NCBI GenBank assembly: GCA_963845755.1
Contig: CAWJTV010000015.1
Coordinates: 192,001-256,000, forward strand
Direction of reading: 5' to 3'
DNA: 64,000 nt
Source: an uncultured Planctomycetota bacterium
Lineage (GTDB): Bacteria; Planctomycetota; Planctomycetia; Isosphaerales; Isosphaeraceae
Part shown: piece after piece, positions 23,790-31,832 of the stretch
How the letters are laid out: the number at the start of each line of letters is the position of its first letter
How positions within the stretch are numbered: position 1 is the stretch's first letter
The notes under the pieces: model-generated
What the model was told of the DNA's origin: nothing
Seen by the model: the letters and a program-made list of their open reading frames with translations, nothing else
Database searches by the model: none
Position numbers and translations under genes: made by a program

Positions 23790-24873
23790 TGCGGTTCCTT
23801 CGGAATTGGGTTTCCAATTCCTGTTCGTCATCGGTGAGCTTGAGACCGAGGTGCTTTTTGATGGCATTGCCGGTAAGACCGACATTGATCAACCGCTTCG
23901 AGAGCCTCCCTGTGGTCATCGCACGGCCCTCCCAGAGCGCCGCGTTGCTCCGTGACCAGTCGAGCGATTCCAGCCTGGCGAGTTTCCGCTTCCAATCCTT
24001 GGGATGCTCGGCGCATAGCGCACTGCCGGCCCTGGCAATCGCGGCGAGAGCGAGAGTATGGGCGTGGATGTAATCCCGTCGGAGATCCGCGGCGCTGACC
24101 TTCCGCTCCTTGGCGAGTTGCCAGTCCGGCATTCGCTTCGCCACCTCATTCCAGAACTCGGCGGCGATTGCAGCCCTGGCTTCGATCGCGTCATCGGCGT
24201 GGTCGGCTAACAGGATGCGAGTCGCCTGATAGATCCCGCTCAGTGTGAACAGCTTGATCGATCGATTCGAAATCGTGCTTCTCTCCGTTTCCGTGAGATC
24301 CGTGAACACCGACACGCGTTGCATGAGGATCTTGGCGACCTGGGCGTCTTCGTCGCGATGGTCGTAGACGATGCTGAGCGATGTTGTCGGCCGGATTGCG
24401 TAACGGTTGAGATCGGCGAACATCTGCTGGCAACGCTTCAGACCAACGTCCATGAAGAAGACGACCGCGATCGTCTCATCCCCCAATTCGGGATTGTCCC
24501 GCAGCGCCCCTTCGATACCCGCCCGGCGGTGTTGGCCGTCGTTGATGACGAACCGAGCCGACATGGGAATCCGGAGCTGGCCGACATTGTTTTCCGGTCC
24601 CCCGGGACCAAAGGGCTCAAACGTAATCTCTCCATCGATCGAGGCGGTCAAGGCGGAGAAGGTGTAGTCTCGGGGGTGCTGCACGATGTAGCGGGCAATC
24701 TCCGGCACACGGGTCTTGTTCAGGATCCGCTGAGCACGTAGCTCCGGCTTCAGCTCATCCTCGTCGAAGAGGAAGATCCGTGGGATGAGCCTCAACGGGC
24801 ACATCGAGACGTAATAGGCCCGCCCGGCTTGGATCCCGCGAATCGCTGGAAAGATGTATTCGAAGGTCGCCAT
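23773..24873 (-). CDS. dndB: DNA sulfur modification protein DndB
   Basis: FPAIRGIQAGR, RAQR.LN..R+P.I, INDGQHR and QQMFADLN motifs; first gene of dndBCDE. Confidence 0.92.
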   Translation of the reverse strand: MATFEYIFPAIRGIQAGRAYYVSMCPLRLIPRIFLFDEDELKPELRAQRILNKTRVPEIARYIVQHPRDYTFSALTASIDGEITFEPFGPGGPENNVGQLRIPMSARFVINDGQHRRAGIEGALRDNPELGDETIAVVFFMDVGLKRCQQMFADLNRYAIRPTTSLSIVYDHRDEDAQVAKILMQRVSVFTDLTETERSTISNRSIKLFTLSGIYQATRILLADHADDAIEARAAIAAEFWNEVAKRMPDWQLAKERKVSAADLRRDYIHAHTLALAAIARAGSALCAEHPKDWKRKLARLESLDWSRSNAALWEGRAMTTGRLSKRLINVGLTGNAIKKHLGLKLTDDEQELETQFRRNRNGQVV

Positions 24874-24893
24874 AGGATTGTGGACGGCCAGAG

Positions 24894-24953
24894 TTGGAAG
24901 TCAATTAATAGACTTCCAACACACTACACTTGACTTCCAATTGCGTCAATTGG
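24894..24953. promoter_or_regulatory. Tripartite operator-like motif upstream of dndB
   Basis: TTGGAAGTC-N8-GACTTCCAA inverted repeat, N12, GACTTCCAA, then CGTCAATTGG; a second copy precedes dndA. Confidence 0.65.
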
Positions 24954-25250
24954 GCAGCTTGGAGGCCCTGTCGCCAAGCCGCGGTCTCGCGGGGTGGTGA
25001 CGGTCGCTGGGCCAAGCCGAGTGCATCTGTCCCGAATTGTCGGGTTGAACTTAAATCGTTTGCTATTGACGGGTTGTGAAACGAGAGATATAACAGGTCC
25101 CGGGATTGACGCTCGAAACCAAAGATCGGAGAGAGGGCTCGATTCGGACTCGGCGATCCACCGCGCTGGAAGTCAAACGAGGTCTCCACTCGGAGCATCC
25201 ATTCGAGCGCTTAACTTTTGCATGGCGCACGCCCTATGGCCCCGCGAGTT

Positions 25251-25348
25251 CACCCCCCGGAACCCCCCCTTCGCAAGGGGGGGACAAGAAACGGGCTTTT
25301 TCCGATCAATATCCCCCCCTTGCGAAGGGGGGGTTCCGGGGGGTTTTT
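25251..25348. repeat. REP-like long palindrome
   Basis: accccccggaacccccccttcgcaaggggggg ... cccccccttgcgaagggggggttccggggggt. Confidence 0.8.
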
Positions 25349-25436
25349 CGGGAACAGGCTTCGAGCGTGTGCAACCCAACTGTGAGGCGCTCTGGAAGAA
25401 CCTGGTCAAGATCAATCAGGCCGGGGGAAGTGACCC

Positions 25437-26053
25437 ATGTCCACGATCACACCGACTCCACCGATGACGAATTCGTACTGGATCCCCGCGCCCTGCATCG
25501 TTTGACGCTCGACGAATACGAAGCGATGGTCAAGTCTGGTATCCTGACGGCTCGGGATCGGGTGCATCTCATCAACGGATGTCTGGTGGAGAAGATATCA
25601 CATAGTCCAGCCCATGCGTGCGTCAACGAAATCTGTGGCGATACCCTTCGCGCTCTCTTGCCCCCAGGCTGGTCATTGCGAGGCGCGAAGCCCGTGCGAA
25701 TCCCGAGACCCAGACCGGAAGCGGATAGCGAGCCGGAACCGGACCGGTGCATCGTCAGGGGCACCACCCGGGATTATGAGGATCAGCATCCGGAGCCCGA
25801 GGACGTCGCGCTCGTCGTCGAGGTATCCAGGTCCAGCCTGGCGGAAGATCGCAAAATGGCAGGCATATACGGCCGCGCAGGGATACCGGTCTACTGGCTG
25901 ATCGATGCCGTGAACCGCCAGATTGAGGTCTACTCCCAACCCGGCCCGGGTGGTTACACGGTGATGGACGTGCTCGCGCCGGGGCATGTCCTGACCCTCG
26001 TTATCGACGGCGCCGAGGTGGGCCAAATCCCCGTGGAGGACATCCTGCCCTGA
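25437..26053 (+). CDS. Uma2 (DUF820) family PD-(D/E)xK endonuclease-like protein, copy 1 (frameshift near 25492)
   Basis: LTLDEYEAMV..GIL, EPEPD, LVVEVSRSSL.EDR and YGRAGIPVYWLID. Confidence 0.85.
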
Positions 26054-26120
26054 TCACTTCCGGGGGGCGGTCCGGAGAGCCTTCGATGTCCCAGGTCTTG
26101 AAGTTGCTGGAGACCAACTT

Positions 26121-26330
26121 ATGATCGACCTACCGACCATTGACGAGCTGCGTGAGACCCGTCGTCGCCTGGCAGAACAATCGGGGCTGGACGTCCAGCG
26201 CTACGCGGCCTTGCTACAGCAGTCCGTGCCGAGGTCAGCCGGCCCCTACGTGTCCACGCCGCTTCTGCCCCAACCGATGTCCCCGTTCCGTCAGTCGTCT
26301 GACCTCGAACCCGAGCACGCCGGGGCCTGA
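26121..26330 (+). CDS. Small hypothetical protein
   Basis: GGAG RBS; D..IDELRETRRRLA motif like small TA-associated proteins. Confidence 0.5.
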   Translation: MIDLPTIDELRETRRRLAEQSGLDVQRYAALLQQSVPRSAGPYVSTPLLPQPMSPFRQSSDLEPEHAGA

Positions 26331-26435
26331 TTATTTGGCCCGGGTCGTTGTGACTGCGTACCGTGTCCGCGAGAAGGGAGGCGGGACGTGACGGAGAACC
26401 TAGTCAAGACCAAGAAGGCAGGGGGAAATTGACCC

Positions 26436-27146
26436 ATGTCCACGATCACACCGACTCCGTCGATGCCGCTGCCGGAGGAACCGACGTCCGCCGCGCCATT
26501 CATCCCGGTTTCCGGCGACAAGAGGACGCTCATTCCGGGCGTTCCCTGGGAGACCTACCGCACCCTGTCCGAATCAATCGGCGAGGGCGAACATGTCCGA
26601 CTGGCCTATGACGGGAAGGACCTGGAGATCACGACCGTCGGCAATATCCACGAGATGGTTAAAGGGTTGACCGGCGACGTCGTTCATGAGGTGGCGGCGG
26701 CCCTGGACGTCGATTATGTGGCGTGCGGCGAAACGATATGGGACGCTCCGCCCCGGGGACTCCAGGCCGATCTGTCGTACCACTTCGACGCCGGGAAGAT
26801 CCGGATCGCCAGGGAAGCGGCGGCCCGCGGCTCGAAGGAACCGAGCGACGATCCCCATCCCGATATGGCGGTCGAGATCGACATGTCGCCTCCTCAGAAC
26901 GACCGGCCTGCAATCTACCGGGACCTCCGCGTTACCGAGGTCTGGCGACTGGTCAGGCTCGAGAAGCTCATGATCGAGCAACTCCAGCCGGATGGTTCCT
27001 ACGCCGCGGTAGCGGAGAGCCGGTTCCTGCGGATTCCACCCGAGGATCTTCTCCGCTGGGTGAAAGAGGGGCTCGCCGAAAGCCGACCCGCCTGGACCCG
27101 TCGCTTAAGACAGTGGGCCGCGGCGTTGGGCCAACATGCCCCCTGA
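26436..27146 (+). CDS. Uma2 family protein, copy 2 (different subfamily)
   Basis: VPWETY, RLAYDGKDLEI, QADLSY, PDMAVEID, IYRDLRVTEVWR and ESRFL. Confidence 0.85.
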   Translation: MSTITPTPSMPLPEEPTSAAPFIPVSGDKRTLIPGVPWETYRTLSESIGEGEHVRLAYDGKDLEITTVGNIHEMVKGLTGDVVHEVAAALDVDYVACGETIWDAPPRGLQADLSYHFDAGKIRIAREAAARGSKEPSDDPHPDMAVEIDMSPPQNDRPAIYRDLRVTEVWRLVRLEKLMIEQLQPDGSYAAVAESRFLRIPPEDLLRWVKEGLAESRPAWTRRLRQWAAALGQHAP

Positions 27147-27232
27147 TCGCCTCCCGGGAGGCGGTCCAAGAAGAGAAACGGCACGTGACGGAGAACCTGG
27201 TCAAGACCAAGAAGGCAGGGGGGAAGTGACCC

Positions 27233-27872
27233 ATGTCCACGATCACACCGACTCTAACGATGCCGCAGCCGGCGGATCCGGACTGGGTACCCGAGCCGCT
27301 GGGTCGCTTGACGTTGGACCAATACGAGGCGATGGTCGAATCCGGCATCCTGACGGCCCGCGACCGGATGATGCTCATCAACGGGTGTTTGGTGGAGAAG
27401 ATGACACACAGCCCTCCCCATGCGGTCGCCGATGAGCTGCTGCGGCGACGCGCTCCGACCCCTCTTGCCGGCGGGCTGGTCGTTGCGGACAGCCAAGCCC
27501 ATCCGGATCCGTAGGCCGGCCCCGGAACGGGACAGCGAACCGGAACCGGACCGGTGCATCGTCAGGGGCACCACGCGGGATTACGAGGATCAGCATCCGG
27601 AGCCCAAAGACGTCGCAGTCACCGTCGAGGTATCCAGGTCCAGCCTGGTGCTCGATCGCAAGATGGCTGGCATCTCTGGACGGGCCGGCATCCCCACCTA
27701 CTGGCTCATCGACGCGGTCAACCGCCAGGTCGAGGTCTATTCCCAGCCTGGGCCGTCCGGTTACGGGGCCATGGAAGTGCTCGCGCCGGGACATGTCCTG
27801 ACCGTCATCATCGACGGTGTTGCGGTGGGCGAAATCCCCGTCGCAGACATCATGCCACGCGAACGGCCCTGA
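27233..27872 (+). CDS. Uma2 family protein, copy 3 (frameshift near 27440); close paralog of copy 1
   Basis: LTLDQYEAMVESGIL, DSEPEPDRCIVRGTTRDYEDQHPEP identical to copy 1, and AGIPTYWLID. Confidence 0.85.
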
Positions 27873-27970
27873 CTCCTTCCGGCGGTCCCGCTTTGGCCAT
27901 GGCAAGCACGCCGACGTCGAAATCTTGGCGATCGCATCTTGAGCCAACCCGGTGTGATAGGCTATGGTGA

Positions 27971-28028
27971 TTGGAAGTCGAACAATGACTTCCAAAGTCA
28001 ACACGGAAACTTCCAACTCGTCAATTGG
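27971..28028. promoter_or_regulatory. Second copy of the tripartite operator-like motif, upstream of dndA
   Basis: TTGGAAGTC-N7-GACTTCCAA-N12-AACTTCCAA-CTCGTCAATTGG. Confidence 0.65.
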
Positions 28029-28068
28029 CGGATCGGAGATTCCGCAACATCTCCCGGAGGCTCGCTCC

Positions 28069-29212
28069 GTGAGACCGATTTACCTCGACTACAACGCGAC
28101 AACCCCGCTCGACCCGCGAGTCTTCGAGGCCATGCGGCCCTACTATCTGGCGGAGTTCGGCAATGCCGGGAGCCGGACCCACCTCTACGGCAACCAGGCC
28201 AGGGACGCGGTGGAACTTGCCCGAGCCGCGATTGCCGCACTCCTCGGCCGAAGGCCGGAAGAGGTCGTGTTTACGAGTGGCGCGACCGAGAGCAATAACC
28301 TCGTCTTGCTCGGCCTGATGGCCCATGGTCTGGGTTCCGGTCGAACCCACGTACTGGCTTCCAGCATCGAGCACAAGTCCGTCCTGGCGCCCCTGGAAAA
28401 GCTCCGGTCGGCCGGTTTCGAGGTCGAGTTGTTGCCGGTGACGGACGGAGGCTATGTCGATTCGGAAGAGGTCCGTCGTCGGTTGCGCGAATACGCTCCT
28501 TGTCTCGCTTATGCACGCCAACAATGAGACGGGCGTTCTCCAGCCCGTGCGCGAGGTCGCCGGTCTCATGGCTGACTCCCGTACGCTCTTTCACGTCGAC
28601 GCCGCGCAGACGTTCGGCAAGCAGGTGGACGAATTACGCCAGCTCGACTGCGATTTCCTCGCGATCAGCGGCCACAAAATCTATGGACCGGCCGGCATCG
28701 GGGCGCTTTGCATCCGACGTTCCCGACTCCACCGGACGGCGCTCGAACCGATTATGAGAGGCGGCGGTCAGGAAAGAGGACTCCGGCCCGGCACGCTCCC
28801 CGTTCCCTTGATTGTGGGACTCGGCGCCGCGGCCGAACTGGCGGGGCGGGAGCACGGGGCACGAACCGCCCACGCCGCGGGATTGAAGCGGGAGCTTCTG
28901 ATCGCCCTGGATGCCGTCCCCCATCGAATCAATGGGGATCTTGCCAGGATGCAACCTCATGTCCTCAACGTCAGCTTTCCGGGCGTGCAAAGCGAGGCGC
29001 TCATGCTGGCCTTGCGGTACGAGATGGCAATCTCCAACGGCTCCGCCTGTACGTCGTCCAGCTATTCGACGAGCCATGTCTTGCGAGCCATGGGCCTGTC
29101 GGAGAGCCGGATCGAAACGGCGGTCCGGTTTTCCTGGGGGCCGGGCGTGGACTCGATCCCAGTCATGGCCCTGATCGAAGCGGTCAGGAAGCTGACGTGC
29201 TCGAGCTCTTAA
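28069..29212 (+). CDS. dndA: Cysteine desulfurase DndA (IscS-like; frameshift near 28490)
   Basis: IYLDYNATTP, FTSGATESNN, HVDAAQ, PLP lysine in SGHKIYGP, catalytic Cys in SNGSACTS; GGAGG RBS before the GTG; divergent from dndBCDE. Confidence 0.88.
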
Positions 29213-29320
29213 CGTTTGAGTCGCGCACGAGCAGCACCAAGCCGACGCGCATCCTGAAGTGATACGAGAGGGGGAGGGTGACGGAGTGTGATTGGCCCCG
29301 AAGTCGCAGATGTCCTCCGA

Positions 29321-29508
29321 CGGCCTGAAGGGCCGCAGGAACCCAGCCCGGGGAGAATCCCGGGAATGGGTCGCACCGCAAGTCCTCCGTGCACCCGGAA
29401 GGGGTGCCGGAGCCGGTTCCTGCGGCCTTTCAGGCCGCCGGAGGTCTGGGGTATGCCGCGGACCCCGGGTTTTCACCCGGGGCTGGGCTTCTGCGGCCCT
29501 TCAGGCCG
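29321..29508. repeat. REP-like palindromic cluster
   Basis: cggcctgaagggccgcaggaacccagcccggg followed by two inverted copies ending ...ctgcggcc(c/t)ttcaggccg. Confidence 0.75.
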
Positions 29509-29633
29509 CCGGTGATAGGCTATCCTTAGTGATTGCAACCCATCCGTTAAGTGCTCTAGACTTTGCTCGACCGCCTTGGGGATGACGGGCAATTGCTGGG
29601 ACGCGATCGGAACGAATCTCGGAAACATTGACC

Positions 29634-30740
29634 ATGGCCGGCTTCGAGCTTCACCTACCGGCGATCCGCGGCAAGCAAGCGGGACGCGAGTTCTTCCTCA
29701 TCATGTGTCCCCTCGCGGTCCTCCCGCGCCTTTTTCGCTCGGAAGATGAGGATGTCCAGCCCGAACTCCAGGCCCAGCGGGTCCTGATCCGGAGCCGGGT
29801 CCCGGAGATCGCCCGCTACATCACGGATAATCCCGACTCTTACGTCCTGTCCTCGATCGTCGGCTCGGTCGACCGCGAGGTTCGCTTTGAGCCGGTCCCT
29901 GGCCAGGCCGGGGCGTCAGGGATGGGCACCCTGACGCTGCCGATCGCCGCCCGTTTCCTGATCCACGACGGCCTCCACCGCCGCGCCGCCATCGAAGCCG
30001 CCCTTCGTCTCAAGCCCGAACTCGGTGAAGAGACCGTCTCGCTCGTCCTGTATGTCGACCCGGGCTTCCAGCGATCGGAGCAAATCTTCTCGGACCTGAA
30101 ACGCCACGAATCGCGCTCGTCGCGCTCGCAGGGAATCCTCTGCGATAACCGCGACGAAATGGCCCTCATCACCAAGGAGCTGATCAAGAGGGTGGATGTC
30201 TTCGAAGGCATGACCGAGATGGTCCGGAGCAAGATCTCGAACCGCTCGCTCAAACTGTTCACGCTGAGCGGGATTTACCACGCGACGGAGACGCTCCTCT
30301 CCCAGAAGCCGAAGGCCCCGTTCGCCGAGAAGCTTGCCCTGGCGACGCAGTTCTGGACCGAGGTGGCGAACCAGATCCCGGACTGGAGCCGCGCCAAGCG
30401 TCGAGAGATCAGTCCGGCCGACTTGCGGGCATGGTGTGTCCACTCACACGCGATCGCGTTGGCGGCCTTGGCACGGGCGGGGCGATCTCTGCTGGAGATC
30501 GACCGAGACAAATGGCGAAAGCGTCTGGCACCGCTCCGGAAACTCAACTGGCTCCGGTCGAACCGGCAGCTCTGGGAGGGTCGAGCCATGATCGCAGGCC
30601 GCCTGTCCAAGTCGAATATGAATGTGTTGCTCACGGGCAACGTCATCAAACGGCAGTTGAGGCTGCCGCTGACGCGTGAAGAGCAGGGGGCCGAAGAACG
30701 TCTGACGACACCGACGTTGGATAAGAGCCCGAAGCGCTAG
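29634..30740 (+). CDS. dndB: Second DndB paralog
   Basis: Collinear with the first DndB (PAIRGKQAGR, ISNRSLKLFTLSGIY, LWEGRAMIAGRLSK), but the signature reads DGLHR. Confidence 0.85.
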   Translation: MAGFELHLPAIRGKQAGREFFLIMCPLAVLPRLFRSEDEDVQPELQAQRVLIRSRVPEIARYITDNPDSYVLSSIVGSVDREVRFEPVPGQAGASGMGTLTLPIAARFLIHDGLHRRAAIEAALRLKPELGEETVSLVLYVDPGFQRSEQIFSDLKRHESRSSRSQGILCDNRDEMALITKELIKRVDVFEGMTEMVRSKISNRSLKLFTLSGIYHATETLLSQKPKAPFAEKLALATQFWTEVANQIPDWSRAKRREISPADLRAWCVHSHAIALAALARAGRSLLEIDRDKWRKRLAPLRKLNWLRSNRQLWEGRAMIAGRLSKSNMNVLLTGNVIKRQLRLPLTREEQGAEERLTTPTLDKSPKR

Positions 30741-30790
30741 CGAGTGAATTCCGCCGGAGTCCATCCATTCACTCGCTAGCGGGTCGGGCT
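30726..30790. repeat. Inverted repeat (REP-like or bidirectional terminator) between convergent genes
   Basis: Perfect 14-bp arms gctagcgagtgaat / attcactcgctagc with outer agcccga / tcgggct. Confidence 0.7.
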
Positions 30791-30824
30791 CGTATGAGCC
30801 GTCGCCAACCCAACGTTCGACGCT

Positions 30825-31735
30825 CTAGCCGGATCCCAGGAACTTCTGCCTCCGATGCCAGTCGAGATACGCTGGGTCGGGGTAGAGCGACGAATCGTTG
30901 GGCAACCGGATCTTCTGCCCATGATACTCGGCGAGCGGCTTCTGGTCGGGGCTGTCTTCGGCGAAACAGTCGCGAGCGACGATGACCGTGAAGTCGTCCG
31001 CGATCGTCCAGAGCCCGTTATCGAACATCCAGTGGGCGTTTCGGCAAAGAGCGATGCCGTTCCGGACGTCGTTATTCCGCGAATCCGAGAACTGGTGGAT
31101 ATGGGCCGCGTCGATGAGCGTGCTCGACGAGACGGTCATGATCCGGTAGCCGGTCAGGGCACACGCATAGTTGTACGTCGGGACAACCTGGAGCCGGAAT
31201 CGGGCTTCCCGGCCCTTCTGCGTCGCATCCTCCGGCGCATGGTGCTGGGAGGCACTGACAACCTGGTCCTCGTTCGGAACCGGGATGCCCAGGAGAGCGC
31301 AAAGACCCGGCCACTCGTCGTTCGGGAAATACTTGCAGATCAGAACCCGGGCGCCTCGTCCCGAAAAGCCGCGTCCTTCAGGCATGCCTCGAAGTCGGGA
31401 TTGAGTTCGGCAAACCTTGCCAGGCGACGATCGGGCGCGGGCTTGCCGTTCTCGCCTACGGCCTTCCAGCAGCCGTCGCTCTGCAAGTGGTAGAACGGGA
31501 AGCGCACGTCGGGAGCCTGCGTCCGGCGTTCCGCGACGACGTACCAGTACGAACAAAACTGGAAGGCCAACTCGGGCGTCAGAGGCATGACCTTCTCGGG
31601 TAAGCGAGCTTGTTCGGCGAGCTCCATGATCGCGAGGAGAAGCAGCGGCTTGTGCGGTGCTGGGTTGCCCTTGGCCCAGTCAACTCGCAGTTTCCCGAGC
31701 TTTGACAGCCATCGCTCTCGCGTTATCGCATCCAT
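30825..31735 (-). CDS. SBD-HNH endonuclease (sulfur-binding domain plus HNH; candidate PT-dependent restriction enzyme); frameshift near 31350
   Basis: N-terminal APHKPLLLL and FPFYHLQSDGCW (SBD-like); C-terminal FRLQV...YNYACALTG...DAAHI...NGIALCRNAHWMFDNG. Confidence 0.8.
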
Positions 31736-31832
31736 CCGGATGCCCTCTTCGACTCTTCGACAACGGACAACGAAGGAATTGTGGGGAAAAGCACCGACGC
31801 CGATTCCTCCAACTCCTTATGACACCAGTTCC

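Noticed and set aside
27964..28068. N-terminal extension of DndA from upstream ATGs
   Set aside because: It overlaps the operator-like motif. The GTG at 28069 has a GGAGG RBS and matches the family start (IYLDYNATTP).
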